From Magallana gigas (taxonomy: Eukaryota): 64,000 nt of DNA. Shown one piece after another: positions 48,678 to 60,900 of the stretch; within the stretch, counting starts at the first letter, position 1, and the number at the start of each line of letters is the position of its first letter. A program made the position numbers and the translations under genes. The stretch spans positions 29,760,001 to 29,824,000 of the forward strand of contig NC_088855.1 in NCBI RefSeq assembly GCF_963853765.1, read 5' to 3'. The notes beneath the pieces were generated by a model. That model was not told the DNA's origin and did no database searches. It saw only the letters and a list, made by a program, of their open reading frames with translations.

Positions 48678-51186
48678 CATTTCTTATTTTGTAACTATCC
48701 TAGAGGTCCAATGTACAGAATTTGAGTACATAGACGTCAAGGTTCAGTTTAATGAAGCCGTGGCAGACTGTGAAGCCCGAGGAAAGATCCTGGCCATCAT
48801 AGATACACCGGAAAAATTCAACATCGTCTACGACCTACTGACGAACAATGGCAGGTATGAACTCATTTATATTAGGGGGAGGGGCATCAACGATAATTAC
48901 TTAAAAAATTCAAAATATTTAAGCTTTAATTTTTTTTTCTATATCTTTAAACTGAACTCTTCGTCCAAAGAAGGTGGCATATTGTAAAACCCATTTTTTT
49001 TGTAGGTTTATGCCCTCCGCCCCTGTTTACATCGGACTGAAATACAATACGGTGAACAAACAGCATGAGTGGCTGGACGGGACCCCTGTCACGTGGGTCA
49101 ACTGGTACATCAACGAACCTTTCAGTGTGGAGACACGTCATTGCGTCAGACTTGATCTGGATTCGAACCTGCAATACCGCACCACTGACTGTACATATCA
49201 ACACAACTACGTATGTTCGTCAGAGGGAGGTATGTCTGTATGGTATACATGTGAAAATCATAAGACCATTGATGTAGAGGATTAATAATTTTCGTCCTGA
49301 GATAATTTGAAAGGTTTTTTTAATTTGAAGGTTTTTTAGTTCGTTAGGTAGTTGATGCGTTGCAAGTACACCATATCAGGAATAAAGTTAAACAAAAACA
49401 AAGTATTTTAGAAAACAACATCTCCCAGACCAAAGAATTGTTTTAAATTGAAATTTATTTAATGATGACAAAAGCCAAACAAAAATCCAAGCTATTTTTT
49501 TATTCTAAGTTACAGCTATAAAATGGTGATCCGTTCTAAATGCTCTAGTGGCAGTAAATTAAATGGAATGCGTGCGTCATACATATTTTCGTATTCAATT
49601 TCAAATGTCATTCCGAACATTTCAACCAAAAATATGCCTGTCACATTGCGTCGCATCGATTTATACATCGTATAAAGCAACAAATAATCAATAGGATTCA
49701 ATGTCCAAAAAAAGGGGTTTTAAAATTCAGTGCCAGAAACCATTCTATAATTACAAAGTTTATTAGTTATCTTCCTATGATCATCAAAATAAATCTAGTA
49801 CCTTCCCCCAAGTTGGATTATTATCACAATTCTTTATAAGACAAGGCTTGCTGAACATTGTATCAGATTTGACAGAATGGCTAACCGACTTCATCAAATT
49901 CCCATGCTGTAATCCGTAGTATATAGCATAATAACACTTGCACTTATAGTAATAGCGGAAAGCTGTACGCTTTGGCTCTTGGCTATATATATACGAAAAG
50001 CCTGCCATTGTGGGAATTGGAATGAATTTGAAAATATGCTTTTGGCTATAGACTTGACTAACACATAGATATTGAATGTTAAGAGATAACAAAATCTATT
50101 CTTATTCCATTAAAAAAACGATAACTAATGGAATTAATGATAAAAATAAACGTGCGGCAAAACAACACAAGACAAAATTAACCTATTTATTCAATGCTAA
50201 AAAAAATAGTTATACTTTTGGCACTTTTAACCAAATCAGGGAAAAGGATCGGAAGGTGTTTTTCAAGCTTCGATCCGAGGCCCCGTAATAATCTCAAACA
50301 AATGACGCAGACCGTCAATAGCAACTTTGATTAAGTTTTTTTTTCCCTAGAACTATTGATTTCGCAGATGAGAAAAGTTTCTATTTCAATAGGCAAAAGA
50401 TTTTACATGCACGAGAAAAAAGCAAAATAAATTTGTCGCCTAAAACATTGATGAATTTAAAAGAGTATTGATAAATTGGATAATTTTTTAATGTTTTTTT
50501 TTTCAATTCGATTTAGTTGTGAAAAATGACACTACTGTATACTAGTATTGCACAAAAAGTTAAGTACGATCAAATATGATTCAGATGCATTGCTCGTTTT
50601 ATTTCCCAAATGACGTTTTCAGTTAAAATTCAAACGCCCATATTTATATATGCGAGTAAATAAAATAGAAAAAACAGTCTGGAAATGAACCTTTGCGCGT
50701 TGCAATATTTTTTTTAAATAAAACATGATCTCATTATAATTATGAGTTTGGTCACATTGTCTAAATCTTAGATAAATTGATTGATCTATCGATTGTGTAT
50801 TGTACATGTTACGTCTCATTTTAATGTATTTTCAATCTTCCATGGGAGGGGGGGGGGGGGTGCCATGGGTTTGCGTTGACAATTGTACCCTCATATATCA
50901 CTTCTTTTTTTTTTTTTTTTGGGGGGGGGGGGGTCACTGATCGTTGCAAGCATCAAACATCCACACTCTAATTGATGGCGCCGCGTCTGAATAAGTATTT
51001 GGTCATGAACCTGTGGCACGCTATTAGACCAAGAGTCTATAGCTGACTGCACCATTGAAGCCCGGATGTACGTTTAACTGACTCAGAATTCGAAGTTGTA
51101 ACAATGTTCACTTCCAAGGCAAAACGTTCTAGACCAAAGAACAATTACAACCATTTTTTTTATTGATTTCGCGGTTTGTTGCGATG

Positions 51187-51245
<59 letters not shown>

Positions 51246-51579
51246 GAAAATAACAAGTCACAGCTCTGTTAAAATCAGTTATTTGTAGACCTACCACGTA
51301 ACAATAGGTACATGTATGTCTATAATTGACTTTTACGATTTTTGTAAGGATTTTTTTTATTGGATTAGAAATATTGAATTGGAGCAAAAAAAGGTGTAAT
51401 CATGTCTTTTACACTGAAACCTAAGAATATCAATAGCTTGTTCCGTTCTGGTGTCCGAATATACATTATTTTATCATTCTAATATTTTAATATAAACATA
51501 TCAACATTTTCAGTTTACAATCTGTAAGTAACGTGTGCCGCATTAGTTGCCAATATGCAGTTTTGTTCCAATTTCCCGA

Positions 51580-51643
<64 letters not shown>

Positions 51644-54112
51644 GATCCATTAAATCAACACAACTCCTTTGCTTGGTCTATTTGTTGACTTTCAACTTCG
51701 GTAAAGATTGATAAAATCGACATTTCACGTTTTATGCCAGGTCATAGCAATTATTGTAAATGCTCGCAGTTTTTATACAAATACTTTAACTTTATGTTCT
51801 TTGTACCTTGGATAAAAGAACTCAGAAATTTTTATGAAGCAATTAAAATAAAAAGAAGAATAAATTAACAATTTGACATTTCTAATTTCTTTCAAACTAC
51901 AAGGCCACATGTTACCATTTTTCGTTTCATGCTTTTCTATAAAACGGGGAATCTAAATTGTGAAAATTATGACCTTACAACCTTCGGGGCCTCATGGACG
52001 GGGCCAAACATAGGGTAAAAACCAAAAAAATCTAACAAACAAACAAACCAACAACAAAAACAAACCATTTTTATTTAAACAATTTCTTTTCTATAACATC
52101 ACAGTTGAAAAAAAACTAAATGCATGATTATGTGTTCATAAAGCCCCTACCTGAATTGTATTCGTGGCCCCTGGGTCAGGAGCCCAGGTCCTTTAGCGGG
52201 GTCAGTATGGTTACATAGTGAAAATGTGCTAAATCTTAGAAAATCTTCTTCTCTACCCCCATGCATGTTTATATTTCAGAAAACATAAATGCATGTTTGC
52301 GCTGCCCATGAATACCCTCTACCTAAATCGTAAAATTTACGGCCTTTGGGTCAGAAGTTCAAGCCCTTGGGCGGGGCCAATATGGCCAGATAGTGAGAAT
52401 GTATAAAATTTTATAATATTTTCTCATGTACTTCCACAGTCATTTGAGATCAACTAACTTCAATGTAATTTTGTCCATAATGGCATTATGGACATCTTCT
52501 AAAATTGTGAAATTCACTGCCCATGGGGGGGGGGGGGGTGTACCATATACCACATGTATTTATTCAATTTTATTGAGATTATTTCCCAGGTAACTTATTG
52601 GTTTTGGTAAACATCAAATGATAAATGCCGGGATAACAGTCAAAGGAGTCTCAGATTAGGGTTTAAACTCAAAAATAAAACATGAGACCCCTTGACAGGT
52701 CCATATACGGGCTATGGTACTCAGGTGACCGACAAGGCCTGTGGGCCTCTTGTTTTATGGTATATTCATAGTCTTGTATTGTATGATAATTGGTTCTAAT
52801 TTTCTTTCAGGGGAAAGTTCAATGGTTCCAACAGTAAGTAAAGATTCATTATTTTTATCACTCATGCCATTGCAAAGCAAAGAAATAAAATTCGAATGAA
52901 CATGCACGCGTTTTAATAAACATTAAAATTAACCATAACATAATTTTTCTATCACAATTTTGATATTGCACTTTGGGGCATTTGCAATACTATGGTTTCA
53001 TTAATTTTCGTGTGTATCAATTTTCGCGGATTTTCTGAAAACCAGAGTTTCAAGGATACGTAATTTCGTGGCCAATGATCCCGTCAATACAAAACGGTAG
53101 TTGAAATTGAATTTCAATGAACATTTGATTTCGTGGATCAACTTAAGGTACTTCACTACACCGAGACTTCTACTTTTTAAGACACTACGTCACAAGATGG
53201 CGATTTAAATGTTTTGTTAAACTGTTTGTATCAATCGATTCAGATGTACACGTATCGTCATAGCTCAGTGGTTAAAGTATCAGGCTTGTGAACCGCAGGT
53301 CATGAGTTCGAATCCACCTGGGGCTTTTGTTTATGTTTACTGAATGAAATTTTTTAAAACATCATTTTTTATCTAAAATTGCACATTTTTTCGCCTATTT
53401 GACATAGATACTTCTTATCCATCATGCTTTCTATCATAATCAAGTAATTTTCTGCTGATTTGAGAAACTATTTCACGGTGTAGTGAGGCACCTTAAATTA
53501 ACAACAAAATTCACAAAAATTGGAATTCAACGAATATTGATGACTAGTATTTTGCAGGCATGTTCAAAATGCATTTCTTGCTGAAATGTTGTACAAAACA
53601 GTGATTATATTTTTATATACATTGATTAATACCTCAATATATCCTTCTCTTAACATTTTAAATCTGTTTCTTTCTTAAAGAGCTCAAAGAAATCCTCAAA
53701 CGATGTGATGATAGTTGGTTTATCGGTCGGGTTCGGTGTCTCAGCAGCCGTGATAGCGCTTTGTTGTCTGATGTGTTACTGCTGCTGCAGCTCACGTGAC
53801 CAACCAAAGCGCCCTCTCATCCAGTATAAATGCCCGTCCAAACCCCGGGCTGTAGTTGGAAACCTTTCCAGCGTCCGTAATGGGAAGCCTCCAGAGCATG
53901 CTGTTTATTACAGTAAGCATTCGTCTGGTCGCAACAGCAATAACACTTCTCGCACTGGGAGCAGTCGGATAGAGGACTATGATGACGAAATGGACGCAGC
54001 CATTATAGACACAAACGACAGGCGCATGTCTGTGTACAGCGGGGGCACAGGTGACTATCAGAGGAGCAGTGCTTCTCCAAGGGACCCCAATGATATATTG
54101 CATTACATATAA
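48678..54112 (+). CDS. Type I transmembrane C-type lectin domain protein (first exon not located)
   Basis: Exons 48678-48854, 49006-49229, 52811-52833 and 53681-54112 are phase-consistent. CTLD: AVADCEARGKILAII, VYIGL, HEWLDGTPVTWVNW, EPFS, HCVRL, YRTTDC..NYVC. Short Ser/Thr stalk; TM IVGLSVGFGVSAAVIALCCLMCYCCC; cytoplasmic tail of about 105 aa. Confidence 0.85.
51191..51242. repeat. (TC)n microsatellite
   Basis: Perfect dinucleotide run. Confidence 0.98.
51583..51638. repeat. (TA)n microsatellite
   Basis: Perfect dinucleotide run. Confidence 0.98.
51895..52755 (-). mobile_element. Helentron-associated element (reverse orientation) with degenerate ~165-170-bp satellite monomers resembling oyster Cg170/HindIII
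   Basis: Terminus CTCAGGTGACCGACAAGGCCTGTGGGCCTCTTGTTT; two to three similar monomers containing TAAATGCATG, CTCTACCTAAAT, GGGTCAG and GGGGCCAATATGG. The Cg170 match is from memory. Confidence 0.65.
53147..53492. mobile_element. TTAA-TSD non-autonomous element (Kolobok-like) carrying a tRNA-like segment
   Basis: TTAA at 53143-53146 and 53493-53496. TIRs GGTACTTCACTACACCG / CGGTGTAGTGAGGCACC match 15/17. Confidence 0.8.
53257..53328 (+). pseudogene. Degenerate tRNA-like sequence with A box, B box and T4 terminator
   Basis: TAGCTCAGTGG (A box, 53261) and GAGTTCGAATCC (B box, ~53304), followed by TTTT. Acceptor and anticodon stems are poorly paired, so this is not a functional tRNA. Confidence 0.6.
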
Positions 54113-57100
54113 CATACTTACGTAGATTGTTTTATTCTATGTTGCATTTTCCTTCATGTCAACAACGACTTAATTGCTTGCAAATGTCTGTTTGGGCACA
54201 TGCATTTAGCATCACTGTGGGCTTTTTTTTTTTAGGAAAAACACTCGAGTGTGATCATCTCCTCTTTGCTTAAAAGTTCACAGATAAATATTTAAACGGC
54301 ATCTGTTTTAATAATTATGAAAATGGGTGGGGGCTGGTTCGGCGACAATGGCGAAATACATCCGTTTGTTGGACGCAACATACCATTGCTGTTTGTGTGT
54401 AAACCAAGTCGTTTTAATGTTTACTCGTACCGTTTGTTATCATAAAGATGTGTATTTTGAAATTGTTGCATTATTATTGTTGTTATTATTATAATTTTAC
54501 TACTGAGACCTGTTAACCGCTAACGGATATTGATATTTTTAACAAATTTCAATGATCGTGATGTTCATGTAACCTATGTTATTCATTGGATTATATTTTA
54601 ACAAATTAACTTAATAAAATTCTAAATTTGTATATTTACTGTACATTTTCCAGTGGTTTTGTCTGAGATAAGACTAAGAATCTATTTTGTAACGTATAGC
54701 AATACAAAGAAGATAGGTGGATAAGGCGTGTAAAATGCCCATACGCGGTTTTACAGGCTACTAAATAATTAAAGTATCAACAAATCTGATGGGTTTTTTT
54801 CAAATCATTTAAAACAATATATATTTAACGAATCATTGATTTGTAACCTGTAGGTATGTTCAATACTTGGAATATGTTGACTCAAACAGGCGTATACGTA
54901 TCAAAACCTGCAAATATTGTCATTTTTTAGAACTTCAGGGCATTTTCTTTTATAGAGTGGGTCTGTGCTCCATATTTTTCTCATAGTCTAATTAAGGTCT
55001 AATGGAAAACAAACCGATTTCAATCAACAAAAACGTGGGGAGATGACCCACTATACATTAAAAATATCATTTTGTGTCCCAACAACTGAACGTATTGAAA
55101 AAATAATACAAGTCCGGTAATTCGTGACCTTAGTCACACATAATATTTAAAAAGCCGCCTTTGTTGTGTCTGAAACGGCTCAGTGGTTAGAGTACCTGGC
55201 ATAAGCTAACCGTATATATCTAGGGGTTTTTATGTTACGGGTTCGACACCACCAAAATTACCGACAATATTTTTTTCCTTATTTTTTGTTAAATAATTTA
55301 AAAACTGACTATAGTTAGAAATTTTGCTTTTGCAAAGTTGTATTATAATATATTTGAATAGATTCAATTGGGAAAAAATAAATTTAAAATTGTATTTCAC
55401 TACTTAACCGAATGGGCATTTGCCCCATCTTATTCATCACGCACTGACTAATTTAAAGATTTAAACATACAACTGAAAATTATACAAATATTATAAATAT
55501 AAGTAATATGGAATCATTCTTTGAATATTATGAAGTGTTCATCGACAAATACTTTGTGCTTTTAACTGAATTTGATCACATCGACCGTATTTGATCACCT
55601 CATACTACTCAAAGAATGATCCTTTGTTCTTAATTATAATCTACATGTATTAAATAGTTCTCTTTTAAACTGGAATAGTCTGTCATTAGTTGAAAAGCCT
55701 GAAATCATAAAATGTTAACTCTATATTCCTGATTGCGTTAAAAAAAACAACCCGAAGTTTCGGCTTTGCGAAATAACTTTAGCACAATTGTTCATTGGCA
55801 CTTCAGGCAGAACGATGGTCTAAATCTGAATTCTCTTTACCTTAAGTGCAATTTTAACGTCTTAAAATAAGTGGTACATTCTCTCCCAGGCAGAAAAATC
55901 GATTAATAAAAAAAATTCAAATCCAAGTCTGGAATATTGTCGTGTAAACAACCAATTGAATCGGACTTGGTGTTACCATAAAACCTTCATATTTGGTGTA
56001 CCAGCAAACCCAATAATGCTCAAGTACGGGAGAAAATGGAAGCATCAACATTGTGATGTATATATGGTACAACGACTTGCATACAAAAACTCAGTTTTCT
56101 TTTTTTTTAGTTTTCACAAGGCCGGAAGTTTGTGAACGCTACATGTATTGATTGATAGCATAACTCCGGAAATTTCGGCCAGCAGCCAATGAAAATCACC
56201 GATTTAATTGATAGTACATTTAAAAAAGGATAAAGTGGTTAGCAAAAAAAGCTTTTAGCCAAAAAATTGACATTATTATGAATAATAATGTGGCCGTAAA
56301 ATCGATTACATGTATGTGATCGAAATACCTTTGTTAAACATCGATCGCTCTAGATTGTGAGAATATCTAATACATGTAGGCAATATTTTTCTCTTCAAAC
56401 ATAATTTGCGACCGTTGGCGTTGTTTTCGATAGTTGAAAACAATAACATAATTTCCACCGCTGCTGTGGAGAGGTCAATATGAAATATCTAAAACTCCAA
56501 GAGCTATAAAAAAAAAGGGTTATTTTTTAAAAGAATTTCACAATTATTTTGTCACAGATACATGTAGGGCTGTCCTACTTTGCATGTATATCGAACACGT
56601 GTGCTTTTATAATTTCGACAATGATTCAAATGACGTAATAATGGCGCAAGTGCAGGGGAGGGGGTGCATACATTACTCGAAATGAAAATACATTGCAACT
56701 TTAAAATGTCAATAATTTAATATTTAATTTATGAAATTACTGAAAATCATAAATATATAAGCAATAAGGAATCATTCTTTGATTATCATAAGGTGACCAT
56801 TACGATATTGGCGTGATTAAATCTATAATATAGTCCTAATTAGGCCCTGGCATTAGAGACATTTTAAAAAGATATTGGACTTTTGGTAGGATGTACAAGT
56901 GAAGTCTGTACTTTTGGCCTGTCGCATAAGTATGATGTCACATTACCGGTATACATGTCCATGAAAAATAATAAAATTTAAGAAAGTTGGCAAGAATTCC
57001 TTTAGACTTTAATTGATTGTAATCAATCGTTTAAATATAACAAATAATATATGTAACAGGATTAAAAGACAACTCACAATCAACAATATAAATCAGACAC

Positions 57101-57682
57101 TATTTCTAAGGTATCCATAATTCAAAATAGGTAACTATGATTTTAAAAAAGAGATTTGTAATTGTACGTGTGATTTTTGATAATTAACAAAAGCAAATAA
57201 TTATTTCCGAAAAATAAAATGATACCATATGATTCATTCATTACTTGTGCTTAAAACTTCTTGTGCATAAATCTGTTTAACAATATAAATTACTTTTTAA
57301 ATAATATCTAATTACAATACCTGTAACTGGATATGATGTACTGTAAATCAACTTTTATTTATGTGATATACTTTCTTGAAAATTTGTCAGAACTTCATTG
57401 TCTCCAATATTTCTCGCCTTTAACAAGTGCTTTTGATGTCATTCATATTTTGAGAAATATATATACCGAGAAATATTCAACATTTGCATCAAAATTATCC
57501 GTGAACATATATCTAAAAGAACTATCACTGACTTAAGTATATCACTTGAAAATCAAAATAAAGAAGGCTTAATTTGGGTATATTTGATAGCTACTTAAAT
57601 TTAGTTTGATTCAAAAACAACTTTCAACTGCATTTGATTAACAATGCTGCTCTAGCTGATATATTTGTAAACACAGTACAAT

Positions 57683-57815
57683 TCAAAAGCACTGAATATT
57701 TGGATTTTCATTAACTTCATGTACATGTAATTAATTGCATCTCAATCAGCCTATCAAAAGCACTGAATATTTGGATTTTCATTAACTTCATGTAATTAAT
57801 TGCATCTCAATCAGC
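57683..57815. repeat. Tandem duplication (68 bp and 62 bp) in the probable LONP2 3' UTR
   Basis: Copies at 57683-57750 and 57754-57815 differ by one 6-bp indel. Confidence 0.92.
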
Positions 57816-57912
57816 TGGATGATCTACACATTAGCAGTTTGCTGTCTAGACTCTGATCCTGCCAAATGGCTGTTCAGTCATAGCGGTATTGGTGTGTACT
57901 CCCCTCTGCACA

Positions 57913-60900
57913 TCAAAGTTTGCTTGTGGCAGGCTGTTCCTTCATGAGTGTGAACTCCCCATTGAATGCGTCTTGTATCACATCATCCAATGTATGGGCC
58001 AAGACAACAGTTAGCTCTTGCTGAAATTGTAAAAATAAAAGAAATCAAAATACTGTTCATCATTCAGGAATACAAAGTCTTCTTTGAATACCTCCCCCAC
58101 CCAAAAAAAACCCCAGCTCATGATCATGCACATTCCTGAGGGAAAAATATGATTTTGTAATCATGCATTAATTACTAGATTTGTCAAATAATTGTTAATC
58201 TGCATGCTGCCTGCTTAAGTTATTTTGCTTCAATTTAGTGTCTGTTTGTGTTCTTTTAATAGATTAGTACATGTATAACCAGTACATGTAATGGTTTATC
58301 TACCCTGATATTGTTGGGGATTTCGAGTAGGTCCTTTTCGTTCCTGTACGGCATTATGATTCTCCTGATCCCCGCCCTGTGTGCTGCTAATACTTTCTCC
58401 TTGATCCCACCAACCTACATGAAAACAAACAAATGAACATAGATATCACCATTGGATATATGAGTATCATGCATAAATATCACATTTGGACATTTTCTGA
58501 TTTTCTGGAATGAGTTAACTACAACAAAGTGAAGTACTGTATAAGAGTTTTTTTGCCCCATGTAATTTTCACCCTTAGACACTAGTCTTGCCAAAAATTT
58601 TGCCCCGTCTTGAATTTAACCAGACACAGTTGTGTTTGAAGAGAGATAATTTGAGACATTGGAATTTGCTCAGTCTTAGATTTGCTCGCTGACACCAAGG
58701 GGGAGAGGGGCAAATAAAACAGGGGTGAGTATTCCCCAGTATACAGTATTTCATTTCTTTTTGATACACCAAGCTGCTATGAATTGATCATAAATGAAGT
58801 TATTGTAGAAAGAGTTCATATCAATACAGTTACATATACTAAATTTTGTATTGTCCAAATAAAAGATTTATAGATTTGTTTAATCAAAGTTTTTGACACT
58901 GAAAGACAATACCAATATAATGTAACAAAGTTTAATGTTTCTAGCCTATTTCATTTTATCTTTCTTTGTTTACTGTGGTTTCATCAATATTCGTTGAATA
59001 CCAATTTTCGTGGATTTTGTTATTAAGTTGATCCACGAAATTAAGTTTTGATTGAAGTGCAATTTCTATTAACATTTTGTATTGATAGGGTCATTGGCCA
59101 CGAATTTACGTATCCTTGAAACTGTGATTTTCATTTTATCCACAAAAATTGATACCCTTGAATATTAATGAAACCACAGTATCACAAAACTGGTATGAAC
59201 CATACAATCTTACATTTCACCAACGCATGCAGATTCTAATGCTTAACTGTGGCAGCCATTTTCAAAAGTCATGACCACCAATCAAATCGAACAACAAAAT
59301 GTCACATGTACTTGTTGTATAAATATTACACAATAACGTACCGGTAATACTAGTCCTCTGAGAGTTATCTCCCCTGTCATTGCCACATCTGACCTGACAC
59401 ACTTCTTACTAAACAATGACACCAACACAGTTGCTATGGTAACTCCAGCAGATGGACCGTCTTTTCCGACTGCTCCAGCAGGGAAGTGGATGTGGATGTC
59501 CTTTTTCTCCAATAATTTCTTTTCCTTCTCAATGCCAAGCTGATATTGAAATGATTACAGTGTCAATACGTTAGGTTTAGAAATTTTAAATAAATATCAT
59601 CAACACATCCTTTATGAGTCCTATGCATTAAAAATAAACCTAGTACAAAGTGATTTGCCCTACTGATATGTGACAAAAATATACATCTGGTACTACAATG
59701 TACTCATAGTACATTTAGCCATGATTTAGGAGGTCATGAAACTTCAGTGTGTTTTGCATTGACTCCTATCAAAGGATTAAACAACTTCAGAATTATACAC
59801 TCACCCTTTTTGCATGGGACCTGACCCAGTTCATGGCAAGCTCTGCTGACTCCTTCATCACATCCCCGAGTTGTCCTGTCAAGGTCACCTTGCCCTCCCC
59901 GTCCATCTGTGAGGCCTCTACAAACATGATCTCCCCACCCATGGGGGTCCATGCCAACCCCACAGCTACACCTGGCTGTCCAAGTCTCTGGGACACTTCA
60001 CTCTCATATGCAGGGGGCTTAACAAGAATACTTGTACATTCAAAATCAGTTAATAACTGAGTTATAAACATCTGTACATATACTACAAATGTCATTATGT
60101 CAAAGTGACGGAATAAACAGTAAAATGAATAGATAAGGCCAATTAATAAAACTGAAAACTTTGGAGAAAATCTAGAAATATATTGTTAACTGTAAGAAAG
60201 CTTGCTTGTCACCTTACCCCAAGAATATCTTCCAAAGCTGTTTCATCAATCACTATAGGCATTTCTGGAGGATGGGCCAGGGTGGACACATCTTGTGATA
60301 AAGCGGCAGGCAGGTTGGTGTTGGTGACCTGCTTTTTGTCTGCCCCGACATCCATCTTCTCGTGTTTGGCTTTGGAGGCATGTTCTGCCACCCTGACAGC
60401 CACAGCCCGACACACACCCCCAATCCTTCGCTCCAGGGTCCTCACCCCAGCCTCCCGAGTGTACTTGGCAACTATAAATAAAGACAAACATAAACTCTAT
60501 GGGACCAAGATCTTTAAGATATCCTAGGATATACAATGTACCACCCCAGCCTCCTGTGTGCATTTAGCAACTATGATAATACAGTTAAATCTTCTTATCT
60601 TTAAGCTCTATGTGACTGAGAAAAATCTTCAAGGTAAAAATACTGAAAGAATAAGTTGTTGGGGCGTCTATTTCACTACTGACATATCCATGTTATTCAA
60701 GATACCAGTGGAACACTTTTGTATGATTAACTCAAACAAACAGAAATTAAAAATGAATAATTGAATAGTGATTTCAAAGTAATGCACATCAAATTGTACA
60801 TACATTGTAACAGTTTTTTCTCTGCTGTTGCTTTACATATTAAAAACATAGGTAATCATAGATTACTAAGCTCACCGAGACGGAGCATCACCCTTATGAG

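Larger units (their letters stand above)
52988..53549. mobile_element. MITE family A copy (reverse orientation), split by a TTAA insertion
   Basis: Reverse complement of the family A internal sequence on both sides of 53143-53496. Confidence 0.75.

Noticed and set aside
53257-53328. Functional tRNA-His or tRNA-Thr gene
   Set aside because: Acceptor, anticodon and T stems pair poorly, and the sequence lies inside a transposon.
57820-57912. Second in-frame Ser-Lys-Leu downstream of the LONP2 stop (possible read-through PTS1)
   Set aside because: Another in-frame TGA intervenes, and this SKL is not terminal (SKLLMCRSSS*).
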